From Candidatus Omnitrophota bacterium (GTDB lineage Bacteria; Omnitrophota; Gorgyraeia; Zapsychrales; Zapsychraceae), in assembly GCA_015233115.1 (NCBI GenBank), contig JADFYJ010000015.1:450-64449 (forward strand): DNA of 64,000 nucleotides, written 5' to 3'. Below, in pieces: positions 38,841 to 48,320 of this stretch. The position numbers and the translations under genes are program-made. Position 1 is the stretch's first letter, and each line of letters starts with the position of its first letter. Under the pieces are notes generated by a model. That model saw nothing but the letters and a program-made list of their open reading frames with translations. It had not been told where the DNA came from and searched no databases.

Positions 38841-41201
38841 TTACCTTGTTTCTATTTCCTGCACAGGTAAATAAACTCCAAAGGAAGCTCCTTCTCCTTT
38901 TTTACCGGCTACCTCAATCTTCCCTTTATGTTTTTCAATAATACCATAACTGATTGATAATCCCAGACCTGTGCCTTTTCCAACTTCTTTGGTGGTAAAA
39001 AAAGGATCAAAAATTTTTTGCTTATATTCTTCATCCACGCCCATTCCTGAATCAGCAAAGCTGATGTGAACACACTTGAGATCTAGTTTATAAGACACAG
39101 TAATGACTAAAGTTTTTTTATAGTTCAAATCTGCTATTTTTCCATCCTGAATCAACTTTTGCTTTTCGTCCATAGCGTCGCGAGCATTGCAAATAAAATT
39201 AATCCAAACTTGTTCCAGCTGATGAGGATCGCCTAAAATCGACGGAATTCTCGGGGCTATAAATTGAGTGACTTCAATATCATGCTGTCTTAGCTGTTCT
39301 TCCAATAAGATCAAAGCTGAATCAATGGTTCCTTCCACATTCACAACTTCAAAATCGGTCTGTTCCTGCCGGGCAAACATACGGATATGGTCAATCGTGC
39401 GTTTCATTCGATTCACGGACGCTTTGACATCTTTAATCCCTTTTTCGATTTTATCATCCGTCAAAATTTTCTTTTCCATACACCGGTGCAGAAACTCTGC
39501 CGTAAAATCAATGACGCCCAGCGGCTGATTAATCTCATGAGCAATGCCAGCCGCCATTTCACCGAGCGTGGCCAATTTCCCGGTCTGAAATAATTGGGCT
39601 TGCGTCTCGTCATATGCTTGCCGCATCTTTTTTAGAGCTAATTCTTTTTCTTTGCGTTCCGTAATGTCGCGGATAATACCAACCGCGTGCCAGCCATCTT
39701 CACGATGAATAGAAGATAAAGAAAGTTCTACGGCTATTTCAACTCCATCCTTGCGGATGGCTGCCAATTCCAATGTTTTACCAATCGCGGCACCTTTTCC
39801 GGTACGCTGATATTCTGGATAAGCCATCTCCTGTGCTTGATGAAAACGGCCGGGCGACAGCATTTGATGCAGATTCATGCCCAGAGCTTCTTCCACTCGA
39901 TATCCCAACATCCGTTGAGCCGCGGGATTCCAAAAACTAATATTTCCTTTTGGATCCATCATCAAAATCGCGTTCTGGGTTGAATCAGTAATAGCCCGCA
40001 GCTTTTCTTCACTTTGCAGAATAGCTTCTTCCGCCTGTTTACGCACACTGATATCTTCCACCATCTCCACCGCCGCGATAACTTTTCCGGCTTTATCCTT
40101 AATCGGAGAAGAGATAATTCTAAAATTAAACAGTTGGCCGCCCATGGGGGTTTCGGTCACTGATTCATGAACTGATCCATCCTGCAGGGTCTTTACTGTC
40201 GGGCAATAAGAACAAATTTCTTGTCTGGGCGGATTATTGAACGATCGATAACACGTATGCTTGTCCTTCAAATCAATGTGCGGATTCCATTTTTTCATCT
40301 GATTATTCAAAGATAAAATTTCCATATCCGGGCTAATTAGCGCTATGCCAATGCCTATGTTGTCGACAATACTTCGAAATTGCTCTTCGCTTTGACGCAA
40401 AGCTTCTTCTGTCTGTTTGCGGTCGGTTATGTCCCAGATAATGCCAATAATCATTTGAGGATGACCATTGGCATCATGAATCAATTCACCGCGCGCCGTA
40501 ATATAACGAATACTCCCGTCGGATAAAAAAAACCGGTAGTCGACATCATAAGGGCCGCCGTTCCTGATGGACTGTTCCATTTGTATTTTTATTCTGTCAC
40601 GATCTTCCGGATGCACCACGGCAAAAAATTCTTCAGCCGATCCTCTAAAATTAGCCGGATTGATGCCTAAAAGTGCGCACACCTGATCATCAAAAATGCG
40701 TTTCCCTTCAACCAGGTTAAATTGCCACACGCCCATTTTAGCTGACTTCAAGGCCAGATTGAGTTCTGCCATATTAAGGTGTAACGCTTCTTCCATGTGC
40801 TTGCGCAGAGTAATATCGTTAAAAAACCCAACCAAAAACTTCTTTTCACAAAAAGTAATAATGGAAGTTCTAATGTCCACGTAAAAAATTGTCCCCGTCT
40901 TTGAAAGACACGGTATATCTTCGGCTAAAATCTTCTCACCCCTCGCTTGAGCGTCAAACTCTGCCAAAACGCGGGACTGGAACTCCTTTGGATGCAGATC
41001 CAAAACATTAAGCATTAAGAATTCCTTTTGCGCATATCCAAACATTTGACACATGGCCGGATTGGCATAAAAAAACTTTTTAGTCTCCGCGTCCACGACC
41101 AAAATACCTTCACGAACACCTTCAAATATTATCTTGTACCAAAGATCAGATTTTCCCAACTGCTCAAACGAGTTGTTTTTGTCAGAATCGTCATTTATCA
41201 T
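38841..41201 (-). CDS. Multi-PAS sensor histidine kinase
   Basis: 786 aa. At least four PAS/PAC segments. His[15 protein letters not shown]. HATPase_c GTGLGLSI. Confidence 0.9.
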   Translation of the reverse strand: MINDDSDKNNSFEQLGKSDLWYKIIFEGVREGILVVDAETKKFFYANPAMCQMFGYAQKEFLMLNVLDLHPKEFQSRVLAEFDAQARGEKILAEDIPCLSKTGTIFYVDIRTSIITFCEKKFLVGFFNDITLRKHMEEALHLNMAELNLALKSAKMGVWQFNLVEGKRIFDDQVCALLGINPANFRGSAEEFFAVVHPEDRDRIKIQMEQSIRNGGPYDVDYRFFLSDGSIRYITARGELIHDANGHPQMIIGIIWDITDRKQTEEALRQSEEQFRSIVDNIGIGIALISPDMEILSLNNQMKKWNPHIDLKDKHTCYRSFNNPPRQEICSYCPTVKTLQDGSVHESVTETPMGGQLFNFRIISSPIKDKAGKVIAAVEMVEDISVRKQAEEAILQSEEKLRAITDSTQNAILMMDPKGNISFWNPAAQRMLGYRVEEALGMNLHQMLSPGRFHQAQEMAYPEYQRTGKGAAIGKTLELAAIRKDGVEIAVELSLSSIHREDGWHAVGIIRDITERKEKELALKKMRQAYDETQAQLFQTGKLATLGEMAAGIAHEINQPLGVIDFTAEFLHRCMEKKILTDDKIEKGIKDVKASVNRMKRTIDHIRMFARQEQTDFEVVNVEGTIDSALILLEEQLRQHDIEVTQFIAPRIPSILGDPHQLEQVWINFICNARDAMDEKQKLIQDGKIADLNYKKTLVITVSYKLDLKCVHISFADSGMGVDEEYKQKIFDPFFTTKEVGKGTGLGLSISYGIIEKHKGKIEVAGKKGEGASFGVYLPVQEIETR

Positions 41202-41218
41202 GGCTTAAATACCTCTTT

Positions 41219-41530
41219 TTAAATTACCGAATCGTTAATCCACTTAAGATAATCAAGGTTACCTTCTTCGATAGGGATAGAAACAATTTCCGGGATGGTA
41301 TAACTATGGAGTGATTTAACTCGTTCAATTAATTTATTCATCAGGGTATTTTTCGTCTTCATGATTAACAGGATTTCTTCTTCATATTGGATTTTTTCCT
41401 GCCACCAAAAAACAGATTTGACTTTCTCAATCATATTAACACATGCCGCTAATTTTTCGGCAACAATTGTGTCAGCAATTTTTTTAGCTTCAGATTGGTC
41501 TTTGACAGTGACGAAAACAATAGAATACAT
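41219..41530 (-). CDS. cutA: Divalent-cation tolerance protein CutA
   Basis: 103 aa. IVFVTVKDQSEAKKIADTIVAEKLAACVNMI. Confidence 0.85.
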   Translation of the reverse strand: MYSIVFVTVKDQSEAKKIADTIVAEKLAACVNMIEKVKSVFWWQEKIQYEEEILLIMKTKNTLMNKLIERVKSLHSYTIPEIVSIPIEEGNLDYLKWINDSVI

Positions 41531-41541
41531 AGACGTTTTCC

Positions 41542-42273
41542 TTATTTTTTCATGATCACGCTTATCATTCTCCCCGCCGCGGCTTTTTCCCTGCGGTAGG
41601 AAAAAAATTTATTGGCCTGGCAGCCAGTGCATTCGCCGCTGTCAAAAATCCGTTCCGGATGAACGCCCGCGTTCACGGCTTGCCTGACATTCGCGGCAGT
41701 GATATCAAACTTTCTAAGATTATTAATTACGGCAACATCTAACGGAAAATATTCGGAAAATTCAGGGCCTACTTCATAACAGCACTTTCTTAATGAAGGG
41801 CCCATGACAAGCGTGACCTGATCCAGTTTCGTACCATAAGCGGCATGCATCAACTCTAAAGTTTTCACCAATATATTGAGCTGTGTGCTCTTCCAGCCAG
41901 CATGAACAATGCCAATGGTGTCGGTACCCTGATCATAAATAAAAACCGGCTGACAATCCGCGGTCCGCACCATAATCGGGATTCCCGCCTGCTGACAAAT
42001 AAGCGCATCCCCCTCAACCAAAGACACTCCCTGATCAATTAAATCTTCAGCCTTAAAAACATCCGCGCCGTGAACTTGTTTTAAACTTAAAAGCGGAAAA
42101 TGTTCCAACCCTAAACGTGATTTTAAATAAACGAGTTGTGTGAGGCTAAGGATATGGGACGGCAGGGGAAAAGTAAAATCCACATCTCTGGTCGACGTGA
42201 ATTGGACAACATGCTCAGGAAAAAACACTTTTTTATTCATCTGTTTCGATCGGCCCCAATGTTTCGGGTTCAT
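41542..42273 (-). CDS. pgeF: YfiH/PgeF laccase-domain protein (DUF152)
   Basis: 243 aa. KQVHGADV...VRTADCQPVFIYD...GIVHAGWKS conserved His/Cys/His set. The start could instead be the internal M12. Confidence 0.8.
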   Translation of the reverse strand: MNPKHWGRSKQMNKKVFFPEHVVQFTSTRDVDFTFPLPSHILSLTQLVYLKSRLGLEHFPLLSLKQVHGADVFKAEDLIDQGVSLVEGDALICQQAGIPIMVRTADCQPVFIYDQGTDTIGIVHAGWKSTQLNILVKTLELMHAAYGTKLDQVTLVMGPSLRKCCYEVGPEFSEYFPLDVAVINNLRKFDITAANVRQAVNAGVHPERIFDSGECTGCQANKFFSYRREKAAAGRMISVIMKK

Positions 42274-43447
42274 TACCGGATAAGCCTTGCACTTTATCTA
42301 ACTTGCGTTCAATCGTTCTGGTCTTTCTCGTTGCTGTTTCCAATTCTTTTTGAGCAGATTCAATTTTTTTCTGGGTATTCTCCAGAATTTCGCCAAACTT
42401 GTGAAATTCAGTTTTTACGGATCCTAAAAGCTGCCACACTTCAGAAGCGCGTTTTTCAACCGCCATGGTCCTGAATCCCATATGAAAACTATTTAAGATT
42501 GCCGCGATGGTGGTCGGTCCGGCTACTGTAACCCGGTGCTCGCGCTGTAAAAATTCGAATAACCCGGGTCTGCGCAATACTTCCGCGTATAATCCTTCAG
42601 AAGGCAAAAACATGATCGCGAAATCCGTAGTCTGCGGTGGATCAATATATTTATCCTTAATTTTTTTCGCTTCCAATTTAATCTGTGTTTCCAAAGCTTT
42701 TTGACATTCCAGCATGACAACCGCGTCCGCACGATCCTGCGCTTCGAGCAAGCGTTCATAATCTTCGGTGGGAAATTTTGAATCAATCGGAAGATACACA
42801 AATCCTTCGCCTTCACGTCCGGAAAATTTGACCGCGTATTCCACTAAATCATTACTGCCAGATTTCGTTTTAATATTTTTTTCATATTGTTCCGGAGCTA
42901 AAACCTGCTCCAATAAATTGCCCAGCTGAATTTCCCCCCAACTGCCGCGGGTTTTAACATTCGTGAGCACTTTTTTCAAATCCCCAACGCCAGAAGCCAG
43001 CGTCTGCATTTCGCCTAATCCCTGGTGGACTTTTTCCAGCCGTTCGCTGATCATTTTAAACGAACCGTCCAGCCGTTGATTTAAAGTATGATGCAGCTTT
43101 TCATCCACAGTCAAACGCATCTGCTCCAATTTTTGCGAATTGTCATTCTGCAAATCTTTTAAACGGGCCTCAACCACCTCGCGCATTTTCTCTAAGCGGC
43201 TTTCATTGCCCTGAGTCATGGACGTAATTTGTTTGGTAAACGTTTCGCTGAATTGATTTAAATTTTTGGTAAGCTCACCCCGGTTTTGGGCAATATCATC
43301 CCGCACCATCCGCTCCGTGCGTTCCAGATTTTTTTCCAGGCGCTGAAATTGCCCCGTCACCTGCAAAGAGCCGCCGGTGATTTTACGAAACACCAAAAAC
43401 GCGATCAAGACGGAATCGATAATAATCAAAATATCAAGCCATGACAT
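42233..43447 (-). CDS. rmuC: DNA recombination protein RmuC
   Basis: 404 aa. N-terminal TM, long coiled coil, C-terminal RmuC domain (FAIMFLPSEGLYAEVLRRPGLFEFL...VTVAGPTT). Confidence 0.8.
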   Translation of the reverse strand: MSWLDILIIIDSVLIAFLVFRKITGGSLQVTGQFQRLEKNLERTERMVRDDIAQNRGELTKNLNQFSETFTKQITSMTQGNESRLEKMREVVEARLKDLQNDNSQKLEQMRLTVDEKLHHTLNQRLDGSFKMISERLEKVHQGLGEMQTLASGVGDLKKVLTNVKTRGSWGEIQLGNLLEQVLAPEQYEKNIKTKSGSNDLVEYAVKFSGREGEGFVYLPIDSKFPTEDYERLLEAQDRADAVVMLECQKALETQIKLEAKKIKDKYIDPPQTTDFAIMFLPSEGLYAEVLRRPGLFEFLQREHRVTVAGPTTIAAILNSFHMGFRTMAVEKRASEVWQLLGSVKTEFHKFGEILENTQKKIESAQKELETATRKTRTIERKLDKVQGLSGNEPETLGPIETDE

Positions 43448-43471
43448 GCGCTATCTCCTTAAATTGTCATT

Positions 43472-43607
43472 GAGCTCCTGGTACTACGCGGACATTACGT
43501 CCTTGGTCGCACCACTCGCGGAGCTCCTGGTACTACGCGGACATTACGTCCTTGGTCGCACCACTCGCGGAGCTCCTGGTACTACGCGGACATTACGTCC
43601 TTGGTCG
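43472..43607. repeat. 49-bp tandem direct repeat x2.8 (not CRISPR)
   Basis: Unit gagctcctggtactacgcggacattacgtccttggtcgcaccactcgcg at 43472, 43521 and 43570. No spacers. Intergenic. Confidence 0.9.
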
Positions 43608-43757
43608 TAGGGGCGATCACCCGATCGCCCGCTTACAAAATATTCGCTTTTATATTTTATGTCAGTCAAATAAATAAAGCTGGGTCAAAAAACGCCCTGG
43701 AATGTTAAATTTATAAATCTTTTATAGTCCGGGCGATCAGGAGATCGCCCCTACAAC
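43607..43757. repeat. Pair of mutually inverted 25-bp palindromic elements flanking a ~100-bp AT-rich segment
   Basis: gtaggggcgatcacccgatcgcccgc (43607-43631) versus ccgggcgatcaggagatcgcccctaca (43731-43757), the reverse complement of the same motif. Confidence 0.7.
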
Positions 43758-43787
43758 AGCGCCAATCAAATTAGCAACAATTAGCAC

Positions 43788-44189
43788 TTACCTCTTCCCA
43801 CTTTTCTCATTCGCTTCCGCCAATTCAAACTTCACAAAATTTTCCTGCTCGTCAAAAAAAACATATACTTTAGGAGAATCAAAATATTTTGTGCTATAGC
43901 GATAGAGCCAACGATCCAATTTGCCGCCTTTGTCGTCGATAAATTTATTTAATATCGGCGCGCCAAAATCCCGCTGAAAATCTTTTTCCGTTCGATATTT
44001 ATCCAAATTCCCTTTGCGCGCCAACGCTAACAAATTTTCAAACAAATGATCCTGCTTATCAATCCCCACCTGATTTTGTTTCTGCACATCAGACAAATTC
44101 TTTAAAGTCAAAATCTCCCGGCCGGTTGAACATCCGCACAAAATCATCCCAACCAGCAACATTAAAATCAAACTTTGGGATTTTTTCAT
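43788..44189 (-). CDS. Lipoprotein, unknown function
   Basis: 133 aa. Signal peptide plus lipobox LILMLLVGMILCGCS. Confidence 0.6.
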   Translation of the reverse strand: MKKSQSLILMLLVGMILCGCSTGREILTLKNLSDVQKQNQVGIDKQDHLFENLLALARKGNLDKYRTEKDFQRDFGAPILNKFIDDKGGKLDRWLYRYSTKYFDSPKVYVFFDEQENFVKFELAEANEKSGKR

Positions 44190-44228
44190 AATAATCCTTT
44201 TGAAATTTTTAATTTTTTCGGTTGATGG

Positions 44229-44268
44229 TTTTTGGTTGTTGGTTTTTAGTTTTTAACCCATCATCCAT
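44229..44268. repeat. Family A arm in the lipoprotein gene leader
   Basis: cggttgatggtttttggttgttggtttttagtttttaacc. Confidence 0.7.
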
Positions 44269-44435
44269 CACAGCATTTTTCCTGCCACCCTACCAAGCTA
44301 GGACACCACTAAAACCGTGTCCCAGAGCGAGTTCTGCTCCGCTTAGGAGCAGCTGTTTGAGTCCTTCGACTACGCTCAGGATGGTGAGCCTGTCGAACCA
44401 CGACGGACATGGTTGAAATGATACCCGAGCGAAAT

Positions 44436-44690
44436 TTACTTTTCCCATCTAAAGTGTACAAAAATGCGTCCCCAATTTTTATCGTCTTTTTCAATTCTAT
44501 GATACGCGCCTTTATAATTTTTTTCCAGAAAACGCAGCACAGATTTTTTTAACTGCCCGCTACCTTTACCAGGAATAATTTCCAGCGCCTTGGCCCGCTT
44601 TTCTTTCGCCTCCTGCATACCCCCATGCAAAGCATTTTCTAGTGCTCTACCGTCAGAAAAAATATCGTGCAAATCCAGTTTAATATCCAT
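44436..44690 (-). CDS. Smr-domain protein
   Basis: 84 aa. IKLDLHD...A...L Smr signature. C-terminal basic region. Confidence 0.65.
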   Translation of the reverse strand: MDIKLDLHDIFSDGRALENALHGGMQEAKEKRAKALEIIPGKGSGQLKKSVLRFLEKNYKGAYHRIEKDDKNWGRIFVHFRWEK

Positions 44691-44786
44691 ATATTTTTAG
44701 GAAAATATTTTTAAAATTACCAATCACTTTTCATCGCTTTTTCAAACCTTTATCACCTTTACCACCTCTACCACGTTTACCACTTT

Positions 44787-46736
44787 TTAAGTTTGATTAA
44801 TTTTGTCGCGTTCCGTTATCAATCCATTATAACTCATTTCAATTTCCCGCAAACGGCTTTGAATTTCTTTTAATCTCCGGCCAAAATCTTTCACTTCAGG
44901 AGAATTGAACAATTCCGACATTTTCCGGCCTTTCACATAACTTTCCACTTCCAGATTCTTTTTCTCCTCTTCCAAGCGGCCCATTTCTTCTTTGATTTCC
45001 TTCAACCGTTTTTTCGCTTCCATATGTTTGCGGTGCGCCTCATCAACGACTGAATTTCCGGATTGCCGTTCTTTTTGCTTGCGTTCCTGTTCCTGCTTCT
45101 TTTGCTGAGCTTCTCTCAATTGCCGGGCATCTTCCCGCATTTGCTCATCAGACTGACTTTTCTTTTCCAAATAATAATCCAAACCTCCTGGAAAAACTCT
45201 CAGCTGGCCATGATTAACCTCTACAACACAATCCGCCACTTCACGAATAAAAAATAAATCATGGCTAATAAAACATACCGTACCTTCATATTTTTGAAAT
45301 GCGACAGTCAAAGCTTTAATGCCGTCCAAATCTAAATGCGTCGTAGGTTCATCCAAACACATAAAATTGGGAGGATCAATCAATAACTTCGCCAGAATCA
45401 ACCGGCTCTTCTCCCCGCCGGATAAAATTTTCACAGACTTAAACACATCATCGCCATGAAAATTAAAAAGTCCGAGCAAACTTCTGACACGCACAGACGG
45501 CACGCCATGCGGACACACGGATACCACTTCTTCAAATGCGTTTTTTTCCAAATTTAACACATCCAACCTAGTCTGTGAAAAATATCCAACGTCGACATTC
45601 GTTCCGTATTTTATTTCTCCCGTATCCGGAGTCAATACGCCGGCCAGCATTTTTAACAGCGTGGATTTACCCGCGCCGTTAGGGCCAACCAAACAGACCT
45701 TTTGATCCCGCAAGACTTCAAAATCTAAATTTTTATAAACCGAAATATCTTTATAAGATTTGCTGACTTGATAAGCTCCGGCAACCACATATCCTGGCCT
45801 TTTCACCGGCGGAAAAGAAAATTCACCGACGCTCTTAGTTTCACCCGGTAATTCTTCGCGCTGCTCCGCCAGTTTCTCGAGCATCTTTAACTTATTCTTA
45901 ACCGCCGAAGCCCGATTAGGCTGGGCATGAAAACGCTGAGTAAACCGTTCCAGCTGTTCTTGTTTTTTCTCAATGACCTTTTGCCTCTTTTCCAAAGACC
46001 GATTATCCACATCCTTCTGGGCTTTAAATTCATCATAATTTCCTTTGACCTTAAACATCTGCGAACCTTCCAGTAACACGGTATAATTAGTCACTTCACT
46101 CAAAAAAACCCGGTCATGGGAAATCAGCACAAACGATCCGTCATAATTTTTTAAAAAATCTTTAAGCCACAACGTCGCCTGCAAATCCAAATAATTGGTC
46201 GGCTCGTCGAGTAAAATCAAATCATATTGATAGGTCAGCAATTTAGCCAGCAAAACCCGCATCTGCCAGCCGCCGCTTAACTGCACGATCGGCTTATGAA
46301 ATTCACGTTCTTGAAAACCGAGGCCGGCTAGAATTTTTTCCGCTTTATGCTCGATCTCATACAACCCCAATAATTCCAGCTCATGAAGTATATCGCCGTA
46401 ACGGTCGGTCATGACTTTATCATTATCTTCAAGCTTATGTTTTTCTTCCAGCAAAGATTTAATGCGATTATCACCAGACGCAACTTCGTCCATGACGGTT
46501 TTATCAGAATTAAATTTAGCTTCCTGCGGCAGATGTCCGATATTAATATTTTTCTGAATTTGGACAGAACCGGAAACAGGTTCCATCTCTCTTAAAATAA
46601 TTGAAAATAAAGTTGATTTACCTGCCCCATTAGGGCCAGCTAAACCAATTTTTTCGTTTTTAAAAATACTAAGCGTAACATCTTTAAAAAGGGTCCTCGA
46701 GGAAAACCCCATAGTAATATTATTTAACGTTATCAT
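44787..46736 (-). CDS. ABC-F family ATPase (Uup/EttA-like, two ABC cassettes and a C-terminal coiled coil)
   Basis: 649 aa. Two Walker A motifs (GPNGAGKST twice). Signature LSGG twice. No TMD. Lys/Glu-rich C-terminal coiled coil. Confidence 0.85.
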   Translation of the reverse strand: MITLNNITMGFSSRTLFKDVTLSIFKNEKIGLAGPNGAGKSTLFSIILREMEPVSGSVQIQKNINIGHLPQEAKFNSDKTVMDEVASGDNRIKSLLEEKHKLEDNDKVMTDRYGDILHELELLGLYEIEHKAEKILAGLGFQEREFHKPIVQLSGGWQMRVLLAKLLTYQYDLILLDEPTNYLDLQATLWLKDFLKNYDGSFVLISHDRVFLSEVTNYTVLLEGSQMFKVKGNYDEFKAQKDVDNRSLEKRQKVIEKKQEQLERFTQRFHAQPNRASAVKNKLKMLEKLAEQREELPGETKSVGEFSFPPVKRPGYVVAGAYQVSKSYKDISVYKNLDFEVLRDQKVCLVGPNGAGKSTLLKMLAGVLTPDTGEIKYGTNVDVGYFSQTRLDVLNLEKNAFEEVVSVCPHGVPSVRVRSLLGLFNFHGDDVFKSVKILSGGEKSRLILAKLLIDPPNFMCLDEPTTHLDLDGIKALTVAFQKYEGTVCFISHDLFFIREVADCVVEVNHGQLRVFPGGLDYYLEKKSQSDEQMREDARQLREAQQKKQEQERKQKERQSGNSVVDEAHRKHMEAKKRLKEIKEEMGRLEEEKKNLEVESYVKGRKMSELFNSPEVKDFGRRLKEIQSRLREIEMSYNGLITERDKINQT

Positions 46737-47457
46737 GCTGTCTGCTTTTCTCCACTAACTGCTTTAATTGTTCTACTTCATCTTTAGTCAACTCGCGCCA
46801 GGATCCCGGGCGAGACGCTCCTAATTTCAACGGGCCTTGCGCTGTCCGTTGTATAAACTTCACGCGGTATTTCACTTTGCCGAACATGCGCCGAACCTGA
46901 CGATTCCGTCCTTCATGCAATGTAATCCGCGCTTCTGTTATATTTTTATATTTACGCAAAATTTGAATTTTACAAGGCGCCGTTTTTTTTCCGTCCAGAT
47001 AAATCCCCTCTTCCAGTTTCTTTTTTGATTCGCTGTCTAAATTGCCTTCCATGCCCACATAATATGTTTTTTCAATTTTAAAACTGGGATGAGTAAAACA
47101 ATTCGCCACGTCGCCGTCATTCGTCAACAGAATCAGCCCTTCCGTATCGCGATCCAATCTGCCGACCGGCACGACAAATTGCAAATTCTTCGGCAAAAGC
47201 TCATACACCGTGCTTTTCGCGTGCGGATCATGTTTGGCTGTCGTAACATTCTTGGGTTTATTCAAAAGAATATACTTATACGGATTAGGCTCAATAACAA
47301 TTCCCTTGCACATGACCCGGTCTTTCTTCGGATCAACCTCATAGGATGGTTCGTCCACAACCTCCCCATTCACTTCAACGGAACCGCGCTGGACCAACCC
47401 CAAGGCCTCCCGGCGGGAACTGACACCATTTCTGGATAAAAATACTTGTAAGCGCAT
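46720..47457 (-). CDS. rRNA pseudouridine synthase (RsuA/RluB family, S4 domain)
   Basis: 245 aa. S4 (MRLQVFLSRNGVSSRREA). Catalytic GRLDRDTEGLILLTNDG. Confidence 0.85.
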   Translation of the reverse strand: MRLQVFLSRNGVSSRREALGLVQRGSVEVNGEVVDEPSYEVDPKKDRVMCKGIVIEPNPYKYILLNKPKNVTTAKHDPHAKSTVYELLPKNLQFVVPVGRLDRDTEGLILLTNDGDVANCFTHPSFKIEKTYYVGMEGNLDSESKKKLEEGIYLDGKKTAPCKIQILRKYKNITEARITLHEGRNRQVRRMFGKVKYRVKFIQRTAQGPLKLGASRPGSWRELTKDEVEQLKQLVEKSRQHDNVK

Positions 47458-47476
47458 AATAGGCTGTCCTAATAAT

Positions 47477-47522
47477 TTTGTTATTGTTGGTTGATGGTTT
47501 TCGGTTGATGGTTTTTGGAATG
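47477..47522. repeat. Family A arm in the pseudouridine synthase leader, overlapping the 3' codons of the SpoU methyltransferase
   Basis: tttgttattgttggttgatggttttcggttgatggtttttggaatg. The SpoU C-terminus HQPKTINQQ is encoded by this repeat. Confidence 0.7.
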
Positions 47523-48320
47523 GCCTGAACGTTGCCTCAACGCTTCATACAATAATACGGCAGCCGAGACAGAAACGTTTAATGAATCAGCCAAACCATT
47601 CATGGGAATTTTCACCCGTAAATCCGCGTGACGCATCCAAAATTCACTTAAGCCCGCGTGTTCAGTTCCCATCACCATGGCCGTCGAACTGGTCAAATCC
47701 GTATCCGAATAAATCTGTTTTCCGTCGGGAAATGCCGCGCAGATTTGAATTTTATTGGCTTTAAAAAATTCCAAAGCTTCGTCATTGGAACACGCGACAG
47801 TTTTAATTGAAAACACCGTGCCTAAACTCGCGCGGATCACATTCGGATTAAAAATATCGGTTTTTTTATCGCAAACGATCACTCCGTCAACACCCACCGC
47901 GTCACAGGTCCGCAATACCGCGCCCAGATTCCCCGGCTTTTCCACTGACTCTAAAACCATCATCAAATGCGCCCGTTTCATTTTGTTCAAATCACTTAAA
48001 TGATATGCCTTCGGCTTACACACCGCAATGATTCCCTCTTGCCGCTCACCGTAAGCCATTTTTTCGAATACACTTTCCGGCACTTCAAACAATCTGGCTT
48101 TCTGCCCCTGCAATTGTTCTAAAACTTTTCCGTCATCATATTTTTTCAGCAAAGCCGGACAATAAAAAATTTCTGTGAACTGAAACGCGCACGCCAAAGC
48201 CCGTTTTACTTCCAGATAGCCTTCAACAATTGTCAAACCGGTTTCCTTACGATTTTTACTCTCCCGCAAACTGACCGCGTCTTTGATCTTCGGGTTACTT
48301 GAACTGGTAATAAGGGGCAT
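47481..48320 (-). CDS. TrmH/SpoU-family RNA 2'-O-methyltransferase
   Basis: 279 aa. SPOUT motifs LMMVLESVEKPGNLGAVLRTCDAVG and VMGTEHAGLS. Confidence 0.8.
   Translation of the reverse strand: MPLITSSSNPKIKDAVSLRESKNRKETGLTIVEGYLEVKRALACAFQFTEIFYCPALLKKYDDGKVLEQLQGQKARLFEVPESVFEKMAYGERQEGIIAVCKPKAYHLSDLNKMKRAHLMMVLESVEKPGNLGAVLRTCDAVGVDGVIVCDKKTDIFNPNVIRASLGTVFSIKTVACSNDEALEFFKANKIQICAAFPDGKQIYSDTDLTSSTAMVMGTEHAGLSEFWMRHADLRVKIPMNGLADSLNVSVSAAVLLYEALRQRSGHSKNHQPKTINQQ

Noticed and set aside
43472-43607. Possible CRISPR array suggested by the 49-bp direct repeats
   Set aside because: The units are directly contiguous with no unique spacers. There are only 2.8 copies and no cas genes nearby. 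It is a plain tandem repeat.
44264-44435. Identification of the structured region as SRP (4.5S) RNA
   Set aside because: It has a perfect 7-bp stem and a 6-nt loop. It lacks the conserved SRP domain IV asymmetric loops and the GGAA tetraloop context. No match could be made by eye.
44309-44494. ORF encoding MKKTIKIGDAFLYTLDGKSK...
   Set aside because: It overlaps the smr gene end and the structured GC-rich region. Its Arg/Ser-rich translation is typical of a GC-rich hairpin read in frame. No RBS.
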